Origin: Torpedo marmorata
Taxonomy: Eukaryota
DNA length: 64,000 nt
Reading direction: 5' to 3'
Assembly (NCBI GenBank): GCA_977017645.1
Contig: OZ360230.1
Coordinates: forward strand, 39,122,001 to 39,186,000
The translations under genes and the position numbers were made by a program. Below are positions 1-11,779 of the stretch, one piece after another (the first letter of the stretch is position 1; each line of letters starts with the position of its first letter). The notes under the pieces are model-generated. The model worked only from the letters and a program-made list of their open reading frames with translations. It was not told where the DNA came from and ran no database searches.

Positions 1-29
1 CCGTATCTCTTACACCTTACCCTATGTAA

Positions 30-310
30 GAGCCGTGGGCTCATTAACTTACCTTGCTGCGGCGCTCCGGCGCCTCGTCGGCTTGTGGAGCGCTCGCATT
101 GTCTGTTGGGCCGTCGTCGGCCCGTTCTGTGCTCTACGCATGCGCTGGAGTGCCGACGGGCGCATGCGCAGTGTGGAGTAACGTCATGGTGCGCGTGGCA
201 GCCTGGGAAATGTAGTATGCGCGGTGGAGGGTGCGCAGTGGTTTAGGGACGGAGCTTGCGCGAATTTTCTAGAAAAGGAAAGGAAAGAGATGTTAGGAGG
301 GTGAGTGAGG
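30..310. promoter_or_regulatory. CpG-island bidirectional promoter with divergent first-exon splice donors
   Basis: CpG-dense against an AT-rich background. NRF1-type GCGCATGCGCA at 160-170 (second CGCATGCGC at ~137-145), CRE-like TAACGTCA at 179-186, ZNF143/SBS motif CTGGGAAATGTAGT at 203-216. Minus-strand donor AAG|GTAAGT at ~47-55; plus-strand ATGTTAGGAGG|GTGAGT at 290-306. Confidence 0.75.
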
Positions 311-819
311 TCTCCATATCTTTATTGACCGTTTTACATCGTTTTATATCGTTTTACAGCGTTTTTACATCATTTCAAGAACTGGTTATATTAAAGTCAT
401 TGAAGATTACTGCAAGTCACGTGTAAATAAAGGTTTTGAACATATTGGACTTTGTTAGTAAATTAATTAAAACGCGTCAAAGACAAGTATCTCACTTAGC
501 CGCCAGGTGACTATTGTTGGATCGAAGTCACCATAATACCCTATATCTATGTCTTCTAATTTTATCTCCCTCTAACATGGGGAAAGGTTTCTTGCTGCAT
601 ACTCAATTTATAAAGTCATATGGAGTTATACAGCATGGAAACAGCATGAAAACAGGCCCTTCGGTCTAATTCATCCATGCCAACCAAGTTCAAGTTCAAA
701 TGTATTGTCAGAGTACATACATGACATCACATACAACTCTGAGATTCTTTTTCCTGTGGGTCAGGCAAAAGGAGAAAGGCAGAAGGAAGAAGGCAGAAGC
801 AGAATGAAAAAGAATCAAA

Positions 820-1222
820 GTGCTTACCTGAGCTCATCCCACTTAACTGTGTTAAACCCTTTCTATCTGTTTACCTGTTCAAATAGTTTTTAAATGTTGC
901 AATTGTTCCTGCCTCTAACACCTCTTCTGGCAGCTTGTTCCATACACGAACCCTCCGTGTGAAAAACTTGCCCGTCAAATCTTTCTCCTCTTGCCTTAAA
1001 CCTGTGAATGACTCCCCTAACCTGGGAAAAGGACTGTGGCCTTCCATCTTATCTTGTCCCATAAACCTCTCTAATGTCTCATCCCTCAACCTCCTTAACT
1101 CCAGGAAGAACAGTCGTAGCTTATCCAGTCTCTTCTTATAACCCAAGCTTTTGAGTCCTGGCAACATCCTTGTGAATCTTTTCTGCACCCTATCTAGCTT
1201 TATCATGTCCTCCCTGTAGCTT
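820..1222 (-). mobile_element. CR1 LINE 3' fragment
   Basis: ORF 871-1227: RVQKRFTRMLPGL...LELRRLR...WNKLPEEV, the typical CR1 ORF2 C-terminus. Confidence 0.85.
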
Positions 1223-1473
1223 GGCATTTACAACCGGTGATCCAGATCTCTACAGGAAGTCCAGGTGCGACCTACGGAAGGCTATCTCAGCAGCAAAGAG
1301 GCAATTCCTAGGGAAGCTAGAGACAGAGTCAGATAGTCGCCAGCTATGGCAGAGATTGCAGGCCATTACATCCTACAAGTCGAAGCCGAACATTATAAAT
1401 GGCTGTGATGCTTCACTATCCGATTAGCTCAACACCCTTTATGCTCGCTTTGAAAAGGAGAATTCATCGATAC
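1222..1473 (+). mobile_element. Rex1/Babar LINE internal fragment
   Basis: DLRKAISAAKRQF...RQLWQRLQAITSYK, homologous to the linker in the 58078-59409 ORF; cut by the Gypsy LTR. Confidence 0.75.
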
Positions 1474-4152
1474 TGTTATGCCTTCGGGTTACTTGGGAGG
1501 CTTCTTAAATAACTGGGATGCGAGGTTTCTTTAACATAAATCTTTTTTACTCACTGTGCCTGACTCCATCTTAGGAAAACCCTTTTACACCCACGCATAC
1601 ATATACATACGCCACACAGTGGTGCACTACAGTTACTACAGTGAGAAGGGTGTATTCGTACTTGGTTACAAAATAGTCCACATTATCCTGACTATATAAC
1701 ATCCCTCCTACTCAAGGTAAAGAGAACTTTAGTATTCTTTATCACTTTCTTTCCAGTGCAACTTAAGTAACGGAACATACAATAGCTTATTGACACAACT
1801 ATTTTTTTTCTTCTTTTTTTTTTCCTTAGCTCTTATCGATATCGCACTGGCGGCAGTATGTTGCTTCGCCATCTTGTAGATTTGGCTGTGACCGTTGACC
1901 TCTGTGTTGCTGGTACATGTGTAGGTGATGTAGCTTGTTGTGCTTCACCTGACAACTGCTGTGTTGATGTTTCGGTACTAGTGGTTGTGGTCTATTCACT
2001 TGATACTTCTCTTGCTATTGGTGTTGCAGGCTTTGCTGGTATTAAAGCTTTCTGCTTCATCACATCTCGTGTCGGCCGGATGTGAATTCTGTTCCTCCTC
2101 AGCTGATTGTCAGAGTCTGCCTCGACAATGTATGATCTTGGTGTCTCAGCTTCTCTGATGAACTTTGCTGGGGTCCATGTTTTCATCCTCGGCTCTTGAA
2201 TATGTACATGCTGCCCTCTGAAGAGTTCTGGCAATGTTTTTGCATATTTGTTATAATGCTGGCATCCTTCTTCTTGCGTGTCAGCCAGTCTTCTTCTGGT
2301 TTGCTCCTGGTCTTCTGGAGGGTGTATTTTGCTTGGCAGAGATCTGGACCCACTGCAATTCGTCTATCGTCACAATCGCTCCACAGCAGATGCAATATCG
2401 CTGGCTCTCCACTCAGCTCTGGATCACCTCGAAAACAACAATTCATACATACGGCTGCTCTTCATCGACTACAGCTCAGCCTTCAATACCATTATTCTCT
2501 CAGTGCTGGTCAAGAAGCTACAAACTCTAGGCCTCTGTACCCCCCTCTGCAACTGGATCCTTGACTTTCTCATCGGAAGACCACAGTCAGTACGAATTGG
2601 AAACAATGTCTCCTCCTCACTGATTATCAACACAGGCGCACCCCAAGGATGCATGCTTAGTCCACTGCTCTACTCGTTATACACCCATGACTGTGTGGCC
2701 AGGCACAATTCCAATGTCATCTACAAGTTTGCTGATGACACCACAGTTGTCGGCAGAATCACAAACGGCAATGAGGAAGCAATGAGGAGGGAGATAGATC
2801 AGCTCGTTGAATGGTGTAATGGCAACAACCTTGAGCTCAACGTCAGCAAAACCAAGGAGATGATTGTGGACTTCAGGAGGAAGTCAAGGGAACATGACCC
2901 AGTCCTCATCGAGGGCTCAGTAGTGGAGAGTGTCAAGAACTTCAAATTCCTGGGTGTCAACATCTCCGAATATCTGTCCTGGAGCATCCACGTTGATGCA
3001 ATCACAAAGAACCCTCGTCAGCGGCTATACTTTGTGCGGAGATTCGGTATGTCACCAAAGACTCTCGTAAACTTCTACAGGTGTACCGTGGAGAGCATTC
3101 TGGCTGGTTGCATCACTGCCTGGTATGGAGGCGCCAACTCCCAGGACAAGAGTAAACTCCAGAAGGTTGTTAACTCGGCCTGTGACATCACAGGCACCAA
3201 ACTTCACTCCATCGAGGACATCTACATGAGGCGGTGTCTTAAAAAAGCAGCCTCTATCCTCAAGGACCCCCACCTCCCAGGCCATGCCCTCTTCACTCTG
3301 CTTCCATCGGGAAAAAGGTACAGGAGCCTAAAGACGAGCACTCAACGGCACAAGGACAGCTTCTTCCCCGCTGCCATCAGATTCCTGAATAATCAATGAA
3401 CCAAAGACACTACCTTACTTTTCGTGCACTATTGTTTATAATTTTTTATAGTAACGTCGTAAGATGGTTAATATGAATGTTAATTGCACTATGATGCTGC
3501 CGCAAAACACCGAATTTCATGACTTGTTCATGACAATAAATTCTGATTCTGATTCTAAGTTGTTCTATATCTCCTGCCATTTAGGAGTTCTGCTGGGGAC
3601 TTCATGTCAGCCCTCAAAGGTGTTGCTCATAATGATAGAAGAGCTAGGTATGGGTCTTCTTTTGTTTCGCGACACTTAACTAGTGTGCGTTTCGCAGTTT
3701 GCACTTGCCTTTCAATGAACCCATGACCTTTCGGGTAGTATGGGGATGATGTATTGATAACAAACCCATACTCTGCAGCTATCTTTCTGAATTCTTGTGA
3801 CGTGAACTGTGTTCCATTGTCACGTATTATTTGCTCGGGTATTCCTTGTTCAGCAAGGAGTGCTCTCACTTCTGAGGTGATAGTTTCCGCTCTCAGGTCT
3901 TTCACCTTTTTGACGAATGGAAGCTTAGAGTAGTAACATGCTATTATTAAATACCACTCTTCATTCTCGGTGAACAAGTCTGCTCCCACTGTGTGCCATG
4001 GCCTGGCAGGTACTTCTGTGGAAATCATTTCTTCTTTTTGTTGTGTGTTTCTGTACTTTTGACATACTTGGCATGTAGCCACTATATTTTCAATGCCTTT
4101 GTATATACCAGTCCAGTACATGGCTGACTTCGCTCTGAGTTTACATTTGGAG
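1474..4152 (-). mobile_element. Gypsy LTR retrotransposon 3' part (integrase, PPT, 3' LTR), interrupted by a Rex LINE
   Basis: ORF 3627-4169 has the integrase zinc-finger/core (MYW..CQVCQ, PWHTVGADLF, DNGTQF, GFIERQVQT). C-terminal part ETPRSYIVE..RRNRIHIR at 1992-2234. LTR TGTT...AACA at 1474-1701 is preceded on the minus strand by the PPT AGGAGGGA. Confidence 0.85.
2339..3556 (+). mobile_element. Rex1/Babar-type LINE, 5'-truncated, RT frame open
   Basis: [40 protein letters not shown]; 3' UTR with AATAAA and (TTCTGA)n tail. Confidence 0.92.
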
Positions 4153-4281
4153 TTATAAAGACTCAGCAAAATTACTAAGTTCTAATTCGCTATCCTCCCT
4201 TTAAAATGCAAGATTCACTTTATTACACCATCTTAAGATTTATAATGTTGCTCTGATGTGGCTAATACAGGTATGTTGCTT

Positions 4282-5750
4282 TCAGAATCAGAATCAGAAT
4301 TTATTGTCATGAACAAGTCATGAAATTTGGTGTTTTACGGCAGCATCACAGTGCAATTAACATTCATATTATAACCATCTTACGACGTTACTATAAAAAA
4401 TTATAAATAATAGTGCACAAAAAGTAAGGCAGTGTCTGGTTCATTGATTATTCAGGAATCTGATGGCAGCGGGGAAGAAGCTGTCCTTGTGCCGTTGAGT
4501 GTTGTCTTTAGGCTCCTGTACCTTTTTCTCGATGGTAGCAGAGTGAAGAGGGCATGGCCTGGGTGGTGGGGGTATTTGAGGAAAGAGGCTGCTTTTTTAA
4601 GACACCGCCTCATGTAGTTGTCCTCGATGGAGTGAAGTTTGGTGCCTGTGATATCACAGGCCGAGTTAACAACCCTCTGGAGTTTACTCTTGTCCTGAGA
4701 GTTGGCGCCTCCATAGCAGGCAGCGATGCAACCAGCCAGAATGCTCTCCACGGTACACCTGTAGAAGTTTACGAGAGTCTTCAGTGACATACCGAATCTC
4801 CACAGACACCTCACAAAGTATAGCCGCTGACGAGCTTTCTTTGTGATTGCATCACCGTGGAGGCTCCAGGACAGATCCTCGGAGATGTTGACACCCAGGA
4901 ATTTGAAGTTCTTGACACTCTCCACTACTGAGCCCTCGATGAGGACTGGGTCGTGTTCCTCTGACTTCCTCTTGAAGTCCACAATCATCTCCTTGGTTTT
5001 GCTGACGTTGAGCTCAAGGTTGTTGATCTATCTCCCTCCTGCACGCTTCCTCATTGCCGTTTGTGATTCTGCCGACAACTGTGGTGTCATCGGCAAACTT
5101 GTAGATGGCATTGGAATTGTGCCTGGCCACATAGTCATGGGTGTATAACGAGTAGAGCAGTGGACTAAGCACGCATCCTTGGGGTGCGCCTGTGTTGATA
5201 ATCAGTGAGGAGGAGACGTTGTTTCCAATTCATACTGACTGTGGTCTTCCAATGAGAAAGTCAAGGATCTAGTTGCAGAGTAGGGTACAGAGGCCTAGAG
5301 TTTGTAGCTTCTTTACCAGCACTGAGGGAATAATGGTATTGAAGGCCAAGCTGTAGTCTATGAAGAGCAGCCATATGTATGAATTGTTGTTTTCGAGGTG
5401 ATCCAGAGCTGAGTGGAGAGCCAGCGATATTGCATCTGCTGTGGAGCGATTGTGACGATAGGCAAATTGCAGTGGGTCCAGATCTTTGCTTAGGTACGTG
5501 TTAATTCTGGCCATGACCAGCCTCTCAAAGCATTTCATCACAGTAGAAGTTAGTGCTACTGGGCGGTAGTCGTTGAGGCAGCCCACACTACTCTTCTTGG
5601 GTACCAGGATGATTGATGCCCTTTTGAAGCAGGTGGGAACCTCTGACTGCCGTAATGAGAGGTTGAAAATGTCTGTGAACACTCCGGCTAGTTGGTTGGC
5701 ACAGATTTTCAGTACCCTGCTAGGTACGTCGTCAGGGCCTGACGCCTTAT
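4282..5750 (-). mobile_element. Rex1/Babar-type LINE, 5'-truncated
   Basis: RT ORFs 4452-4988 and 5269-5682; (TCAGAA)n tail on the plus strand; near-identical to 2339-3556 in inverted orientation. Confidence 0.92.
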
Positions 5751-6936
5751 CTCATTCATCGTTTTACACAAAATATTAAGATTTTATAATTGCTGTTACA
5801 TTTCATTTGCTCTCTATCTGCTGAACTGCAGAACCAATCTAAATACTGTTGTTTGTTTGCTAAAAAGCCTGAATCATCAAATGATTTGAATTAAGCTATA
5901 TAACTAACATGGCATGCGGGATTAGCTGAACATTTGAGTGCATAGACTTTTAATTATGAATAAGCAATAACTGTCAGAGTAATTTTAAATCAACATCCAA
6001 AATAATTTGTGAATATCACTGCCAAAAAGTCAATTGATGATCCAAGAATCCTGGAAGGCATAATGTGTGCTCAAGCACAGTTTCACTGAGAAACAAATCT
6101 GTCCATATATGGTCGGGTACATACTGGGTACTTGCCACCAGCTGATATTTCTCATTTATGTAATACCAAAAGGAAACAGTGCCACTGTGATATTTTGTCA
6201 TTGAACAAAGAAGTGTATTTAATAAAGAAAGGGCTGACATTTTGTTCTAAGCTGTCCTCTTCCTGTTATTGATACTAAACATTTGCATTGGACAATGCAG
6301 TATTGTGTATTACGATGCTCAAATAATGTTATCTGTGTTTACAGCATTCAGTGTTCCATATGAAGGTCTGAGAATTTCCTGCATACTTGTATCAAGCCTT
6401 ATCTTTGGTTGGCAGTATCTCCTTTTGGCGTTTACCCAGCTTAATTCTGAAAACATTTTGAAACCTCATTCATCCAATACGAGGGTTTCTTCTTAGTATG
6501 ATCACCAAATAAATCCGATTGAAATCTACTATGGTGCACTGTGCTTGATATCATAAATGACTAAGATTCAGAAATTATACAATATGAGAAAACGTGAAAC
6601 AAGACTATGGAGTAATTTAAGTCTGAAGATAAAACATTTTGGTACCAATGTCAAGGATAAGAAGCCAATGAAAGACAATATATAGATAGATCGCCATGCC
6701 AAATTGGGAATACCAAAAATTCTGGATCTGTTGGAAGTCTTTTAGGATACAGTTTGAGAAGTTGATGAGGATACATTAGGAAACACCAAACTTTAAGGAG
6801 ACAAAATACTTTCTAAGTTTAATAAATATTATTTTCTTTATTATCCAGGAAACATTAGCTGTAGACAATCTACTTCTTCCCTTCAAAGGAACAGGTGTAA
6901 TTTTACCTGAACTATCTCTTCCCCCAGTGAGTTACA

Positions 6937-7490
6937 TTTTTTTTTTTTTTAAATAATTTTATTTAATTTTTAAAATCACAAAATACATATATCAAAAAAA
7001 TAATATATTATTGAAAATACATGTGATATATTTACCACCCCCCCTTCCCACCCTCCCCTCCCCAACCCTCCCACGCTATCTAATAAAAAGAGAAAATAGA
7101 GTATAAAAATGTTAATTAAAAGGAAAGAAAAAGATTGAATAATAAAGTTAAGAAAGAAAGTTAGTGTTAGTATGAGGAGAAAAACTATTTCAAGCTAACT
7201 CTACTTGTATATTGGAGGTTACTTTGTCAGCGGTACTAACTTCTAGAGAATTAATTCATACCCATAATTCTCATGTATGGGCTCCAAATTTTCAGAAAGA
7301 AATGATATTTATCTCGTAAATTATACGTAATTTTTTCCAATGGTATACACGAGCGTAACTCTGCATGTAGTCTATCCAAATTTAAATCTAAATCTGATTT
7401 CCAAGTGATAGCAATACATTTTTTTGAGATTGCTAACACAATTCGTAAAAATTCTATTTGGTACATATTCAATCTATTACATTGATTCAC
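6937..7490 (-). mobile_element. L1-type LINE 3' end
   Basis: Poly(T) on the plus strand; ORF2 end KKCIAITWKSD...IPLEKITY...KIWSPY. Confidence 0.85.
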
Positions 7491-7789
7491 TTTTGCTTTA
7501 CTTTGAAAAGCCTGTGCTAGATGTATTCTTAAATCACTATCAATCATTTACCTGAGTATGACTTGCTTTCTCAAAGAGCAGGGCTAGCTAGATAATATTT
7601 GTTTTAAATTTGTAAAAATTGCGTCATGAGTCCATAACTAGAAGCAAATTAAAAAGGATTTGTGAAGAAGCTATTGAATTTGTACCTTCTAATATAAATA
7701 TGTTAGTCATTTACTTTGGGATACCAAGCCAGCATACAAGTTGTACTTGTTAAAACTCTTACAATTAATTTATTCGAAGGTGTAAGTTG

Positions 7790-8220
7790 GAGAAAATAGG
7801 ACTGGAGGGCTTGAGTTTAGAGAAGAGACTGGATAGACTAAGACTTTTCTCCTTAGAGCATAGGAGACTGAGGGATGACATTATAGCGGCATATAAAATA
7901 ATGTTGTCATAATCTTTTTGTCCTGGGTGGGGGAGTTTAAAACTAGGAGGCATAGATTTATGGTGAGAGGGGAATGACCAAAGGGGCACCTGTTTCACAG
8001 AAGAGGCTGGTAGGTACGTAGAATGAGCTGCCAGAGGAGGTGGGATAATTGCAACATTTGAAAGACATTTAGATAGATACATGGGTAGGAAAGGTGTAGA
8101 AGGATATGGTCTGAATGCAGGCAGATTGAATGAGCTCAGATGGGTAACTTTGTTGGCATGGACAAGTTGGGCTGAAGGGTCTGCTACCATGCTGTGAAAC
8201 TCCATGATTCTATGACTCTA
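7790..8220 (+). mobile_element. CR1 LINE 3' end
   Basis: Degenerate LFSLEHRRLRDD coding sequence, CR1 3' UTR, (ATGACTCT)-like tail. Confidence 0.75.
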
Positions 8221-8691
8221 AAATGTTAAGGGTGTCAATGATGGTAAGATAAGCACACGTGCTGTGATCTGTTGTCCTATGTGGAAGACAATTATAACTG
8301 TTAAGATTTTGAAATGTTGATATGTCCAGAGCATTCGGGCAAGGGTCCACAGCTTTGAATATATATTAACCAGTAGTGACACATGAGTTTTGCAAATTAA
8401 AGGAAATGATTCGCCAAACGATGATTAAGTTATTGTTCTTCCTTTAGTACTTCCTATGTAATTCCCAATGATGCTGAATTCACCAACCCCCCCATGGACC
8501 ACCTCCCATACCAGACCATACAGAATCCTTAGTAATGTTTTTTGTACTAATGCTACTCATAAATCATAATTCCCGTATATCACTGAATGTAATGGAAATA
8601 GTAGTGAGATAAACAACTAGCAAAATTAAAATTACACCTTTAAATTACAATATCATACACCCAGCAGCAATGAAAACAACAGCGCATGCTT

Positions 8692-10358
8692 TTTTTTCTT
8701 TTTTTTTATTATTTTATTTAAATTTTTTAAATCACATAATACATAATTCAAAATATATAGTTTCAAAAATACAGTGATATAAATTTCCTCCCCCCACACC
8801 CTCCCAACCCTCCCCAACCCCCCCAACCCCACTATTCTAAAAATAGAAATAGAAAAAGAAAAAAGAAAAAGAAAAAGAGATTAATAGAGATTAATAATGA
8901 GGAGAGAACCATCTGAAAACCATTTTAATCTGGAGGTTAAACTCGCCAATAGATCTGATTTCTAAAAAATTTCAAATCCTCAAACCCATAACTCTCATAT
9001 ATGGGCTCCAAATTTTTAAAAAAGAATGATATTTATTACGTAAATTATAAGTAATTTTTTCCAGAGGAATACACGAACTAAGTTCTGCATGCCATCTATC
9101 TAAATTCAAATCTAAATCTGATTTCCAAGTAATAGCAATACATTTTTTTGAAACAGCTAAAACAATACGCAAAAATTCTACCTGATACATATTCAATCTA
9201 TTCCTAATACTAAATTTTCTAATATCTCCAAATAAAAATAACATAGGATCCATTGGAAACATAACATTAAAAACTCTCTCTAAAAAATTCTTAACTTTAA
9301 GCCAAAAATCTTGAATCTTTGGACATAACCATGTAGAATGAACAAAAGAACCTACTTCATTCTTACATCTAAAGCACAAATCCGACAATGTCGGATTAAA
9401 TTTCTTTAGTTTTTTTGGTGTTAAGTATAATTGATGAAAAAAATTATATTGTACCAATCTATACCTAACATTAATAACTTTAGTCATACTTAACTTACAT
9501 AAATCCTCCCAATGTTTTTGAGCTATATTAATATTTAAATCTAATTCCCATTTTAATCTTGATTTATGTAATCCTTCATTTGGCATTTTTTTCTGAAATG
9601 ATTTATACATTTGAGAAATAAACTTATTAACATTTGCTTTAGTAATTAATAATTCTAACTCATTATACCTTGGAGCAATCAAATTTTCTCCTAATTTCTC
9701 AACCAAAAAAGCTTTAACCTGATAATAAACTAACCATGTATTATCTAATATATCAAATTTTTCTTTCAATCTTTGAAACGTAACAAATCTTCCAGCTTCA
9801 AAACAATCTTTAAAATTTTTAATTCCTTTTTGAAACCATACTTTCAATAACTGATTATTCATAGTGAACAATAAAAGTGGATTTTGATATATTGGCATAT
9901 TTAAAGAAATTATTCCTTTCCCACCTATTTCTTTATCTACCTCTGTCCATACTTCCAATAAGTGTTTAATAATCGGTGAATTTTTCTTTTTTACTGATAA
10001 TAATTTAGAATTCCACTTATAAATAATATCCTCTTTATAATTTTCTCCCATATTATTTAATTCTATATTAATCCAAGCAGAAGTTTTAGCTAAATCAAAA
10101 AATTCATTAACAAATTTTAATTGAGCTGCTTTATAATAATATTGAAAATTAGGGAGTTGCATTCCTCCCATCTCATAATTCCATGTTAACTTCTCCATAC
10201 TCACTCTTGCTAACTTCCCTTTCCATAAAAATTTCCTAACTATAAATTTTAAATCTTTAAAAAATTTTTTTGGAATTCCAAAAGGAATTGATTGAAAAAG
10301 ATATTGAATTCTTGGAAAAATATTCATCTTAATACAATTTACTCTCCCCATTAAAGTT
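8692..10358 (-). mobile_element. L1-type LINE, 5'-truncated, with 17-bp TSD
   Basis: 463-aa ORF2 C-terminus with CCHC motif (CFRC...HSTWLC); poly(A); TSD AACAACAGCGCATGCTT at 8675-8691 and 10359-10375. Confidence 0.95.
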
Positions 10359-10499
10359 AACAACAGCGCATGCTTGTAGCGCGTGCAGACGAAACCACGT
10401 GAATCGAAGCATCATTGTAATTGGGTAATAATGACAGCGCATTAGAAGGTTCAAAAAGTAAATTAGCATAGAATTTTAGCCTTGTAGGTATATTGATAT

Positions 10500-11595
10500 T
10501 GTTACGTACCAGACAGCAGCAATAGAAATTAGCCCAGACTGTGTTATATTTAAAATAATGTTTTAAATTATTAATCAACAATGATATAACACCTAATCTA
10601 ATTTATTTACACTTATCTAAACTTAACTAAACTTGTCTACACTTATCTAACTTAACCCCCAACTATGCACGAATATACTGGTGTGTGCAGAATACCCTAA
10701 GCCACTACAGCTCAAGGCCCAATTCTCGAAAGGCAGTTCCAAGTTCAGTTTCAGAAAATCAGTGATAATGACAGGTGGGCTTGAAATTGATGCGACACGC
10801 AGGCTCGAGATGGATGAGACACGCAGGCCTTAGGTGGATGTGACACGCAGGCTTTAGATGGAATTAACAGTTCATGAAGTGGGTGGAAGAGACCGGGGGT
10901 GACAGAAGGTTGATTAACTCACCAAACCCTTGTTGAGGTGCTTCAACGAAATGTCCTTTTTAGACGAGTGCCAACCGAAACTCCCCTCTTCTTTTGCGTA
11001 GGGGACATGAAGCAAGTGATGCTCACGAAGCTTCCAGAACCCTTTTTGTGGGTCAGCCGAACTCAAGTGACTCTCACTCTGGTCACCATCCAAGCGTAGT
11101 ATTTCTTCTGCAAGTAGAACCCTTTTCGTGGGTCAGTCGAACAAAAGTGCAGTATTTCTTCTGCAAGTAGAACCCTTTTTGTGGGTCAGTCAAACAAAAG
11201 TGACCTTCACTCTTTTTGGTCACGAAGTGGTCTTCTCATTCCTCAATAACTAACAGGAGGAAATCTGACAGTTTGTCTATAACCACACATTGAGGCCAAG
11301 TGGGTTTCTCATTCCCACAAAGGAGGTCGAAGAGCACTTTACTCTTGTGCTGCCTTCTTAAAATGGCCTCCTGAGCAAACTGTGCACTGTCTCTTCAATA
11401 AGCTGGTCACATGGTCTCTACTTCAGGGCTTCTTCCCTTCACTCTGCAAATGTATCAAGTTAGGAACATGCTGTCTTTGAAGCCTGCTGCTAGTTCACAG
11501 TCACTTTCCAAAACCTGCAAGGTTTGTTAAATCTGTTCTCTTAAAGGGACAGTCCCACACAAATAAAATTAACTGAAAAATGGGAGAACGCCACA
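10500..11595. mobile_element. Probable solo LTR with internal minisatellites
   Basis: TGTTAC...CA ends with near-TSD ATAT/ATAC; ~21-bp repeats at 10790-10865 and ~50-60-bp repeats at 11030-11210; resembles 54239-55089. Confidence 0.5.
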
Positions 11596-11599
11596 ATAC

Positions 11600-11779
11600 A
11601 TGTAAGCTGGGCTTATGAAAAATGTTTTTGTTGTTATAACTAACTACAGGGATATTTTTATAAAAAATAATAAATTTCTGCTGAAACACTGCACAAAAAT
11701 TTTATAGACAGTCATTTTCGTGTGACCCCCTCTGATGGTGTCACCCACTGCGGTCTGCACCCCCCTAGTGACGCCAGTG
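11600..11779. mobile_element. hAT-type MITE terminus
   Basis: Ends CCCCCTAGTGACGCCAGTG; related sequence at ~57860-57890. Confidence 0.5.
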
